Below, piece by piece: positions 41,655-50,196 of a DNA stretch of 64,000 nucleotides (positions within the stretch are counted from its first letter, which is position 1; each line of letters opens with the position of its first letter). Where the stretch lies: IMG/VR virus record IMGVR_UViG_3300032030_000040, positions 33,913 to 97,912 of that record. One strand, 5' to 3'. Under the pieces are notes generated by a model. It was not told the origin of the DNA and ran no database searches. It saw nothing but the letters and a program-made list of their open reading frames with translations. The DNA comes from a virus. Its lineage: Duplodnaviria; Caudoviricetes. The position numbers and the translations under genes were made by a program.

Positions 41655-42365
41655 ATGAAGAAGTTTTTCATCCTCGGCTTTTTGTTGGCGATAGTCAGCA
41701 TCATGGCCACGGGCTGCTCTTCCTGCCAGTCCGAGAAGAAAAAGCAGGTTGACGGGATTGAGAAAGTGGATTCGGTTGCACAGGCCGATTCCGTTGTGTC
41801 TGTTGTCGCAGAGGACTATGACGGTGTAGTTCCTGACATTACGGCATCAGTGGAGAATATCATTGCCACAGACCGACAGGCAATGTACACTATTGCGAAA
41901 GGAGCAAGCTACAGGTTCTTCGAGAGTGATATCAAGCTATGTGACTTCCTTGACTCAGAGAATTGTGACGGAAAGATTCTATCTGTCAACAATGTATTCC
42001 AGCAGATTATTGAAAAAGGCAACGGTGCAGATACTAATGTGCTGATGTTCCTAACAACAGGAAATGGAACTGAGGTCAGTATATATGAGCACGCTTTCTA
42101 TCTTGAGAACGAGCCTTTGAACGACAAACCGATGCCAATTACATTCGAGAAGGCGTTTGAGCGTATGATGAAGGCGAACGTGGTCAAGCCCAAAAGTAGA
42201 AATTGCATATTGCGAAAACCTGTAGGACCTACCCCATGCAACGCTCAGTACATCTTTGGTAACCGAGTACAGCAGATTTATGTCGATGCCGTCACTGGAG
42301 AGGTAAGAACAAAGAATCCTGCATTTGACGGATATCTTGGTAAGCCTCTTGGAGAGTGGCCCTGA
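41655..42365 (+). CDS. Lipoprotein of unknown function (PepSY-like C-terminus)
   Basis: Signal with ATGC lipobox; IYVDAVTGEV. Confidence 0.6.
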   Translation: MKKFFILGFLLAIVSIMATGCSSCQSEKKKQVDGIEKVDSVAQADSVVSVVAEDYDGVVPDITASVENIIATDRQAMYTIAKGASYRFFESDIKLCDFLDSENCDGKILSVNNVFQQIIEKGNGADTNVLMFLTTGNGTEVSIYEHAFYLENEPLNDKPMPITFEKAFERMMKANVVKPKSRNCILRKPVGPTPCNAQYIFGNRVQQIYVDAVTGEVRTKNPAFDGYLGKPLGEWP

Positions 42366-42428
42366 CTCATAGGACATAGAAAGCGGGAGAAGATTCCCCT
42401 TATTGAATAACTTAAAACATCACCGATT

Positions 42429-42992
42429 ATGATTATACTGACGAAACAGCAGCTGAAACAGGTTATGCCCAACGCCCTATCGAAGAACGTTGACAAGTAT
42501 CTGCCACATCTTAACGCCCTGATGCCCAGATTCGACATCAACACGAAGTTAAGGGTTTGTCACTTTCTCGCTCAGATCGCTCTTGAGAGCGGAGAGCTTC
42601 GCTATAGCCAGGAGATTGCAAGCGGCAAGGCTTACGATACGGGAAAACTGGCAGTTGCTCTTGGTAACACTCCACAGGCTGACGGTGATGGGCAGAAGTA
42701 TAAAGGCCGTGGGCTTATCCAGCTCACGGGCACTGCGAACTACCGTAAGTTCAACAAGTATCTGCATGAGAACATCGCCAAGGCTCCAGATGTCCTGAAG
42801 AATCCCGAAGTTCTCAGTACCAACGACTACTATGCCGTCCTTGTTGCCTGTTGGTTCTTCAAAACCAGTGGTTGTCTTGCCCTTGCAGACAAGGATGACA
42901 TCAGAGCTGTAACAAAGCGTGTGAACGGAGGCCTTAACGGCTTCGACCAGCGCAAGCAGTACTACGAAAACGCTAAAGAAGTAATCGCATGA
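42429..42992 (+). CDS. Endolysin, glycoside hydrolase family 19
   Basis: FLAQIALESG, YKGRGLIQLTGTANY, TKRVNGG.NG...R. Confidence 0.9.
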   Translation: MIILTKQQLKQVMPNALSKNVDKYLPHLNALMPRFDINTKLRVCHFLAQIALESGELRYSQEIASGKAYDTGKLAVALGNTPQADGDGQKYKGRGLIQLTGTANYRKFNKYLHENIAKAPDVLKNPEVLSTNDYYAVLVACWFFKTSGCLALADKDDIRAVTKRVNGGLNGFDQRKQYYENAKEVIA

Positions 42993-43567
42993 AACAAGTT
43001 GTAAGATTGATTGTTTGCCTTTTGCTCCTTACTTCATGTGGGAGCGTTCAGAAGGCAGTGAAGGAGGATATCAGCCAGACTTCTACCGTGACCTCTTCCA
43101 GCACGGAGAACAGCCAGACCGTGACTTCCGCCACATCTGAATCGTCACAGACTCAGGTGTCAACCACACAGGAGCAAGTCGATGACAGTACCGAGACCGT
43201 TACTGTCACTCACACCACATGGTATGACACCAGCAAGGCTGACAGCAATGGTGTTGCGCCTATCCTCAAGGAGGAAACCGTTACCAGTAAGACGCGTCAT
43301 GGTAAACGCAGCACGAAAGGTTCAGAAGAGAAGAACAATACCGAGGACAAATCTCAGTCCTCGTCAACATCTACAAATTCTGCCACGAAGGAAGAGTCTG
43401 CTGAGAGTGATTTGAAAAGTAAAACAGAGAAAGACACGTCCATGACTGAAACCAAGCAGTTCGCATATCTATCTCAGGTGCTATATGGACTTGCTTTCTG
43501 CATCCTGATGGCGGTACTCGCCTACTGGGTATTCACCAAGTACCGACAACGAAGGAAGGATAGTTAG
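42989..43567 (+). CDS. Putative unimolecular spanin
   Basis: N-terminal lipobox LLTSC and C-terminal TM helix; overlaps endolysin stop. Confidence 0.7.
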   Translation: MKQVVRLIVCLLLLTSCGSVQKAVKEDISQTSTVTSSSTENSQTVTSATSESSQTQVSTTQEQVDDSTETVTVTHTTWYDTSKADSNGVAPILKEETVTSKTRHGKRSTKGSEEKNNTEDKSQSSSTSTNSATKEESAESDLKSKTEKDTSMTETKQFAYLSQVLYGLAFCILMAVLAYWVFTKYRQRRKDS

Positions 43568-43640
43568 CCAACTTCCTGAAGTTACGTCCCCTCGCCCACA
43601 GCAGACGGGTGAGGGGAATTTAGTATAAATACCAGACCTA

Positions 43641-44080
43641 ATGAAGACTAAAGAATATGGCACAACGCTGTTGGCCCTTATCGACCAGATGAGGGATTGC
43701 CGCAAGAAGCAGAATGCTTTCAGACAGCAAAAGAACACTGAGAACTACAAGGCCATGCTTGCCTCTGAGGAAACGACAGACGCCCTTCTCAGGGACGTGC
43801 GTCGCTATGTGGCTGCTCAGATGAAGGAACGTAATATTGAGGTCATGCCATGAGTCGATGTGAGTTTATAACACCAAAGAAGAAAACGATGACAGCCCGT
43901 TTCGGCGTATGGATTCATACGGCGGACGGTGTGACAATCATATCGTTCTGGACGCACAGGGGGCAGCAGGTGTCACTACGTTCCCGTGCTCCATTCACGG
44001 AACACTGGTGGAAGAAACTCAGGGGGCTTTATGGTATGCACAGACCCAGGAAGCCACGCAAAGGCTACTCTCCCAAATAG
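43641..44080 (+). CDS. Two small hypothetical genes (43641-43853, 43850-44080)
   Basis: ATGA-coupled; followed by terminator 44078-44105. Confidence 0.5.
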
Positions 44081-44120
44081 CACTCCCAACGGGTGCTATT
44101 TTTTTGTGTTTTTGGTAAAA

Positions 44121-44235
44121 CTTTCTCCCGAAATATTTGCATATTTGATAAAATTTACCTACCTTTGTAATAGCAAATAAGATAAATACAAGGTAACGGC
44201 CATCTAACCAGTGGCCACAATTCAAAACTATTATG
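44121..44235 (+). promoter_or_regulatory. Repeated promoter/leader cassette copy 5 (leader with GGCCA..TGGCC hairpin)
   Basis: TTTGCATATTTGATAAA...TACCTTTG-TAATAGCAAATAAGATAA...ACAATTCAAAAC. Confidence 0.85.
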
Positions 44236-45321
44236 GCACATAATTTGGAAATCAATGCTGGAGTAGCCAGCTATGTAGAGAACGGAAGGCAGGAGCGTGC
44301 ATGGCACAATCTCGGCCAGGTATTTGACGGACCGATGACGGTAGAGCAGGCTCTTGAGCTGTCTCATGCCGACTATCAGGTAGAGCTTCAGCCCGTGATA
44401 GCAATGTCACCTGAGATTCAGGATTTGATGGCGAAGGGCGAGAAGATTGACCCAGACCTGCTGCTGTCTCTCGTCATCCCAAAGCGCAAGGCGACTATGC
44501 GCATGGATAAGACGAAGGCGCTGGGTGTGGTATCAGACCAGTACGGCGTAGTCCAGAACGCCGACGCCTTCAAGTTCATCGACACCATCTGCACGGGTGA
44601 AATGGGTAACAGTCACGTCCCTGTCATCGAGACGGCTGGTGTTCTTGGTCAGGGTGAGCGTGTTTTCATCACCGCCAAGTTCCCTGAGCAGATTCGTCTC
44701 GACAACAAGGGAGAGGACATCGTGGAAATGTATGTGGTATTCACCACCAGCCATGACGGCACGGGTGCTGTGAATTGTCTGGTGACTCCTACCCGTGTGG
44801 TATGTAACAACACTCTTAACTTCGCCATGTCGCACAATGTCGGCAAGCTGTCGCTTCGTCATTCCTCCGGAATCATGAACCGTCTCGATCTGGCCAACAA
44901 GGAGAACGCTGAGTTTGCCTACAAGGCCCTGAATATGTATAACATCTATAAGAAGTCGATGGAGCAACACTTCGAGCATCTGCAGAACATCAAGATATCG
45001 GAGAAGCAGCTTGACTCAATCCTTGCGGAAGTCCTGCTGTCTGAGAAGAATCTGGAGGTCTATAGAGCAACGGGCGACGTTCATCATCAGGATATCACAG
45101 CCATTGGCCGTAACCTCATAGACAAGGTACGTGGTACGGTGGAAAGTGGTATCGGTCAGGAGTACGGAGAGCGTGGTACTGGAATGTGGGTCATCAACGG
45201 CATAACGTCATACTACCAAAACGAGGCACGTTTCCGTAATGACGAGAGCAAGTTTGACAGCATCATGCAGGGCAACGCTGCCAAGAAGGTGCAGCAGGCC
45301 TACGACCTTATCACCGCTTAG
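44233..45321 (+). CDS. DUF932/TIGR03299-like phage/plasmid protein
   Basis: AWHNLG, YGVVQNADAF, ETAGVLGQGERVF, TSHDGTGA, TPTRVVCNNTL. Confidence 0.85.
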   Translation: MAHNLEINAGVASYVENGRQERAWHNLGQVFDGPMTVEQALELSHADYQVELQPVIAMSPEIQDLMAKGEKIDPDLLLSLVIPKRKATMRMDKTKALGVVSDQYGVVQNADAFKFIDTICTGEMGNSHVPVIETAGVLGQGERVFITAKFPEQIRLDNKGEDIVEMYVVFTTSHDGTGAVNCLVTPTRVVCNNTLNFAMSHNVGKLSLRHSSGIMNRLDLANKENAEFAYKALNMYNIYKKSMEQHFEHLQNIKISEKQLDSILAEVLLSEKNLEVYRATGDVHHQDITAIGRNLIDKVRGTVESGIGQEYGERGTGMWVINGITSYYQNEARFRNDESKFDSIMQGNAAKKVQQAYDLITA

Positions 45322-45323
45322 GA

Positions 45324-45572
45324 ATGGCCAAGATAGAGTTTCTGGGCGTACTGGCAAAGGAGAAGCACGAATATGAGGAACTGTACAGACTATTCAGTTC
45401 CTCATACAAGTGCGCCTGTCGATGCGACCCAGACTTCTTTCCCAACGTCAAGAAGCTGTGCGAAACCATCAGCACGGACAGGGAGCTTCAGTACGGGCTC
45501 CTTACCCTGCTGAAGAACTTCAAGGTGGCCGTCGAGCAGAACCAGAAGTTCAAGGAGAGTCTGGAGGACTGA
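45324..45572 (+). CDS. Hypothetical protein
   Basis: 82-aa ORF. Confidence 0.5.
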   Translation: MAKIEFLGVLAKEKHEYEELYRLFSSSYKCACRCDPDFFPNVKKLCETISTDRELQYGLLTLLKNFKVAVEQNQKFKESLED

Positions 45573-45580
45573 TAATCACT

Positions 45581-45699
45581 AAAAAAACTTGCAAATTTCC
45601 CAAAAAAACATGGTCAAAAATTTGCATATTTGATAAACTTTTCGTACCTTTGAAGTAGCAAATAAGATAAGTATTAACATTCAAAACTTAGAGATTATG
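45581..45699 (+). promoter_or_regulatory. Repeated promoter/leader cassette copy 6
   Basis: Same boxes ahead of ATG 45697. Confidence 0.85.
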
Positions 45700-45975
45700 A
45701 AGTCATTGAACAGCATCAAGAAGCAGGCCGAAGTGCTTAAAGCACAGGTCAAGGTGGCAGAGCAGAACCTTCAGGGCTGCGAGGTCGATTACCAAGAAGA
45801 GCCAAGCGCCGTGAACTTTGAGGCTCTGGAAACCGCCAGAGACGAATACCGCAAGGCTTTCTCCCTGTATGAGAGCTGCATCAGCTACATCGAGAACTAC
45901 GATTTCTACCGTCAGTGCGAGAAGCTGGAGAAAGAAGAAGCTGAGAGCCGCCAGATGGCTATGGCATATTGTTAA
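45697..45975 (+). CDS. Small coiled-coil hypothetical protein
   Basis: First gene after cassette 6. Confidence 0.6.
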   Translation: MKSLNSIKKQAEVLKAQVKVAEQNLQGCEVDYQEEPSAVNFEALETARDEYRKAFSLYESCISYIENYDFYRQCEKLEKEEAESRQMAMAYC

Positions 45976-45994
45976 ACATAATAATTCAAGTAAA

Positions 45995-46621
45995 ATGAAC
46001 AAGAAGATTATCAAAGCGATGTTCGCAAACATCTGCGCAAAGGACGAAATGCGTCCTATCATGGGTGGTGTGCATTTCGAGAAGGAACGCTGTTACGCTT
46101 CCGACGGGAAGGTGCTCGTCATCTTCAAGGAAGGCAGTGAGAAACTGGCCGACAAGACCATCAACATTGACGGTGGTGAAATCGAGGGCCGTTATCCGAA
46201 TGTGGATAGCGTCATGCCGAGCAAGGGCAATGAAGGCACCCCGTTCCAGATTGACTTCGTGCAGTTGAAGAACGCCTGTGCCTACCACATGAAGAAACTG
46301 TCATCGAACCAGAACGACAAGGTTATCATCAACGATGTAGGCTTCAATATCCGAAACCTCTTCCGTCTGCTGGCCACCATCCTCACTGGTAGCAATCCGA
46401 GAAAGGTCACGTTCTTTGCTCTTGACAGAGGACACGCCGTGAAGTTCACGGCAGAGCAGCTGGAAGGTCTAATCATGCCGTGCAATTATGAAGAGGCTGA
46501 TATTGACATAGAGCAGGAGTTTGGGGATATCAAGACCCTGTCCTATGAGAACTTCATCAACGACTACGTATTCAATTCATGGAAGAAAGAGACCAAGACC
46601 GAACTGGCCTGGGCCATCTGA
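45995..46621 (+). CDS. Protein resembling part of the DNA polymerase III beta clamp
   Basis: DEMRPIMGGVHF...ASDG..L...EGRYPNVDSVMP...LIMP. Confidence 0.55.
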   Translation: MNKKIIKAMFANICAKDEMRPIMGGVHFEKERCYASDGKVLVIFKEGSEKLADKTINIDGGEIEGRYPNVDSVMPSKGNEGTPFQIDFVQLKNACAYHMKKLSSNQNDKVIINDVGFNIRNLFRLLATILTGSNPRKVTFFALDRGHAVKFTAEQLEGLIMPCNYEEADIDIEQEFGDIKTLSYENFINDYVFNSWKKETKTELAWAI

Positions 46622-46668
46622 CCTCCGACAAATAAAACAAGTTATTCACAATTCAAAACGTTACAACT

Positions 46669-48342
46669 ATGCAAGTAAGAAACATTCCATTGACAGACAT
46701 CTGTCCGAGTTCACTTAACCCTCGTAAGACCTTCGACCAGGAGGCATTGAACGAACTGGCCGAGAACATTAAGGAGAACGGTCTGATCCAACCTATCACA
46801 GTGCGCAAGCTCCCAAAGGGCAGTGACCACAAGTTTGAAATCGTATGCGGTGAGCGTCGCTTCCGTGCAACGGCCATTGCAGGACTGGAGGAAATCCAGT
46901 GTGTGGTGAGAGAGCTGGATGACAAACACGCTTTCGCTGCCATGATTATCGAGAACCTTCAGCGCAAGGACGTTGACCCGATGGAAGAGGCAGCAGCCTT
47001 CCATAAGCTCTACACCGAGGGCACCATGAAGATTGCCGAGATTGCTAAGATGCTGGGCAAGTCATCGAGCTTCGTGACCAGCCGTATTCAGTTGAACAGC
47101 ATCATCCCAGAGTTCGAGAACCTGATGCGCAACGGCACCCTGTACCTCGTACACCTTCTGGAAATCTGCAAGCTGACTCAGGAACAGCAGCAGGTACTCT
47201 TCCGTGACTGCTTCAACGAGGCCAGCATTGCCCGTTGGCCACAGAAGATTCTGAAGCTCGAAATCCTCCACGACATGATTGATGAGCACGTCATGAACTT
47301 CCTTGACACGGCTCCATTCTCACAGACAGACGGAACGTTCAGCTGCAACAAGGACTGTGAGGGCTGTCCGTTCAACACCAAGAACAAGCCAGAGAGCTAC
47401 AAGGACAGTGCCCGTCCCCGTTGTATGGATGCTACTTGCTTCAGGAAAAAGACACGGGAGTACATCTTCCGCACGGCCAAGTCCCTTGATATGCCTATCG
47501 TCTATCAGGGCAGCATTGACGATGATATCGTGAAGGCAGCGAAGGAGTACGGACTGGAGCTGGTGGATATGACCAACCGCAGTTACGTGCAGCTCCCCAA
47601 GGAGCCAGAGAAGGCCAACTTCACCGATGAAGAGTTCTATGAGAAGCGTATGCAGGCCTACCGCCACGTCAAGGCCATCTTCGACAGCAACATCGAGGAC
47701 GGAAACGTTCAGAAGGTGTATGAGATTTGCTTCCATGGGAACCTCAGTGGTCAGTTCAAGTACGCATACTCTATCCCGAAGGAGGCTGAGGACAGCACGG
47801 CCATTGCCGACAGTGACCGTCAGAAGGAACAGGTGACCAAGCTCAAGGACGCATTGCTCAAGACCGAAGAGAAGGAACAGGAAGAGCTTGTAGAGAAGAA
47901 GCGTGAGGCTCTGGAGAGCTCCGACTATTCCAAGCAGAACACGGCCCTCTCTGGAGAGGAACAGCGTATCTTCCACGCTCTGCTTGTGAAGCGTCTGTCC
48001 TATGAGTTCAAGAAGTCTATCGGTCTGGAATGGAGCAACACCCCTGACTGCTTCGAGAAGTGTGCCAAGGTCATTGAGGAAAACCGCAATGCCATCAAGC
48101 GAGAGTTCATCAAGCAGGCGCTCAGCGAGAAGAGCGTATGCTACTCCCATGACCTTGCAGGTCTGCTGGTGGCACTGTTGGCCGAGAGTGACCAGACGGC
48201 ATCCAAGGAGATTGAGGATGAGGTGGCCAAGAAGTACGAGGCCCAGCGTGTCAAGTTGCAGACCGATATCGACAAACTGAACGGCAAGCTGGAGCCTGGC
48301 GTAGTCAATGAGCCTGCCGATGGTACCAACGTCGCAGAGTGA
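46669..48342 (+). CDS. ParB/Spo0J-family protein (plasmid/PRTRC type)
   Basis: NPRKTFD..L.ELAENIKENGLIQPITVR...VCGERRFRA...ENLQRKD. Confidence 0.9.
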   Translation: MQVRNIPLTDICPSSLNPRKTFDQEALNELAENIKENGLIQPITVRKLPKGSDHKFEIVCGERRFRATAIAGLEEIQCVVRELDDKHAFAAMIIENLQRKDVDPMEEAAAFHKLYTEGTMKIAEIAKMLGKSSSFVTSRIQLNSIIPEFENLMRNGTLYLVHLLEICKLTQEQQQVLFRDCFNEASIARWPQKILKLEILHDMIDEHVMNFLDTAPFSQTDGTFSCNKDCEGCPFNTKNKPESYKDSARPRCMDATCFRKKTREYIFRTAKSLDMPIVYQGSIDDDIVKAAKEYGLELVDMTNRSYVQLPKEPEKANFTDEEFYEKRMQAYRHVKAIFDSNIEDGNVQKVYEICFHGNLSGQFKYAYSIPKEAEDSTAIADSDRQKEQVTKLKDALLKTEEKEQEELVEKKREALESSDYSKQNTALSGEEQRIFHALLVKRLSYEFKKSIGLEWSNTPDCFEKCAKVIEENRNAIKREFIKQALSEKSVCYSHDLAGLLVALLAESDQTASKEIEDEVAKKYEAQRVKLQTDIDKLNGKLEPGVVNEPADGTNVAE

Positions 48343-48394
48343 TCAATCAGGGGAGGCGGTGGCAATACCGCTGCCTCCCATTATATAATAAGGT

Positions 48395-48694
48395 ATGGCA
48401 CGGAGTTCTTACAAGCAGCTCAACAGAGAGGCAGACCAGTGTGGGTACGGCACTTTCGAGACACAGCTAATCAAGCTGACGTTCGCCGGAAAGGACAGTG
48501 ATGTAGATTTTCTGCTGGAGTCCGCTTCATGCCATGCAAAGAAGAAGGTACTGCTTGACCTGATACGCACACTGGGAGAGTGTCACGAATGGTATTCCCA
48601 GGAACAAGTGGCAAAGGTGGTCGGACTGGCCACGAAGATAGTGGAACAACTGTTAAACCAAGATAAAGAGACACAGATATCATCTGAGTTTTGA
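48395..48694 (+). CDS. Hypothetical protein
   Basis: 99-aa ORF; followed by terminator 48712-48750. Confidence 0.55.
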   Translation: MARSSYKQLNREADQCGYGTFETQLIKLTFAGKDSDVDFLLESASCHAKKKVLLDLIRTLGECHEWYSQEQVAKVVGLATKIVEQLLNQDKETQISSEF

Positions 48695-48760
48695 ATTGTA
48701 AATGTTTGCTCGGCTCATCGTCCCCTGTGTGGCGGTGGGCCATTTTTTTTGCATTTTCGC

Positions 48761-48858
48761 CAAACTTTCTTGCCTAAAAACTTGCATATTTGATAAACTT
48801 TTTGTACCTTTGAAGTAGCAAATAAGATAAGTATAACATTCAAAACTTAGTGATTATG
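48761..48858 (+). promoter_or_regulatory. Repeated promoter/leader cassette copy 7
   Basis: Same boxes ahead of ATG 48856. Confidence 0.85.
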
Positions 48859-49509
48859 TTACAGTCAGAATTTGAAGCAAGAGTCCAGATGACGGTTCCA
48901 GAAGCCGAGTACTGGCACATAAACGAAGTGTATAACAATTCAGACCTCGACAAAGACGAGTTCTGCAAGTTGTGGGTGAAGATGAACCAGAACCGTGTCG
49001 CCAAGGCCAAGGCAGAGACCAAAGCCAGGGAAGAGCAGGAAGCCCTCAAGTCCAAGCTCTGGAGAATACTCGAGAAGTATGCCCCAAAGGACTACTACTG
49101 GAAAGAGGTGCATTTCGCCGACATGGTGATGACCATTACCGAGGTCAAGAACGTGCAGAAGGCTGGCATCCCCCTCACTGAGTACGGCAGAGCCAGCAGA
49201 CTGAGCACAGTCCTCTACGAAATCCGTAAATACCTGAAGGCAGCATAAGGAAGGAGGTACGCTATGGAGTCACTGAGAATATACACCAGTTCTGTCATCT
49301 GCCCTCTCATCGAGGGCAAGACGATGGCTGAGTGCAGCCGCATTATGAGCCTGTGTAAGGAGAAGGTCGTTGACATCTGTTTCTTTGACGATCAGGTTCG
49401 TATTACAGGTGAGCACACCCGTAAGATGAAGGTGCCAGCAAAGGCATTGAAGGATGGCCAGGCACTCATCAGCTGGATGGAACAGCGCATCGACAAGGCA
49501 TGGTCATAG
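48856..49509 (+). CDS. Two hypothetical genes (48856-49248, 49264-49509)
   Basis: Cassette-7 operon; ends at hairpin TGGAGGC-TCCG-GCCTCCA plus T-run. Confidence 0.6.
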
Positions 49510-49544
49510 TTCTGGAGGCTCCGGCCTCCAAACTTTTTTGCAGA

Positions 49545-49648
49545 TTTCACGAAAAAACTTGGCCAAAAGTTTGCATATTTGATAAATTCTTTGTATCTTT
49601 GTAATAGCAAATAAGACAAGTACTCACATTCAAAACTTAGAAATTATG
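49545..49648 (+). promoter_or_regulatory. Repeated promoter/leader cassette copy 8
   Basis: TTTGCATATTTGATAAATTCTTTGTATCTTTG...CATTCAAAACTTAG. Confidence 0.85.
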
Positions 49649-50179
49649 AAGAAGATTACAGTTTACCAAGTGAACGACGAGGCTCCCAATGCCCATTATC
49701 TCATGTTCAGTAGCTTAGACCTGGTTCACAAGATGGGTCTGAAAGTTACCCGTGACAACTACACCATCGTATGGCAGGGTGAAGTCGAGGACAAAGGTGA
49801 TGCAGATGCTACTCTCGAAGGCGTTTTCCATCTGCTAAACGTCGGCCAGAAGCCGGAAGGCTACAAGGGCCACAGCCTGTCTGTCTCAGACGTCATCGAA
49901 ATGGACGGCAAGTTCTATTACACAGACGACTACGGTTTCGAGGAAATCCAGTTCGGGTCAACTACCCAACCGAAAGCTAAGAAGGACGTGTTTGTGATAT
50001 TGATTCAATACAGCGGTTCTGGAAGGACAGAGCGCAAAAAGTTCAATACCAAGGAGAAGGCCGATGCCTACTACGAGGGAAAGAAGAACAAGTCCCAGCT
50101 CGCCTGTGAGCCAAGGGAGAAGTGGTTTACTTACATCAGCTCATGGGGGCGTAACGTCCACGTCCAGAAGATGTACTAA
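49646..50179 (+). CDS. YodL-domain protein
   Basis: PEGYKGHSLSVSDVI...YYTDDYGF. Confidence 0.75.
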   Translation: MKKITVYQVNDEAPNAHYLMFSSLDLVHKMGLKVTRDNYTIVWQGEVEDKGDADATLEGVFHLLNVGQKPEGYKGHSLSVSDVIEMDGKFYYTDDYGFEEIQFGSTTQPKAKKDVFVILIQYSGSGRTERKKFNTKEKADAYYEGKKNKSQLACEPREKWFTYISSWGRNVHVQKMY

Positions 50180-50196
50180 AGATAGGAGGTAATGAT

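Noticed and set aside
47320-48150. Long - strand ORFs (also 6205-7242, 11213-12040, 13180-13950, 22739-23527)
   Set aside because: Antisense shadows of well-supported + strand genes, caused by codon bias.
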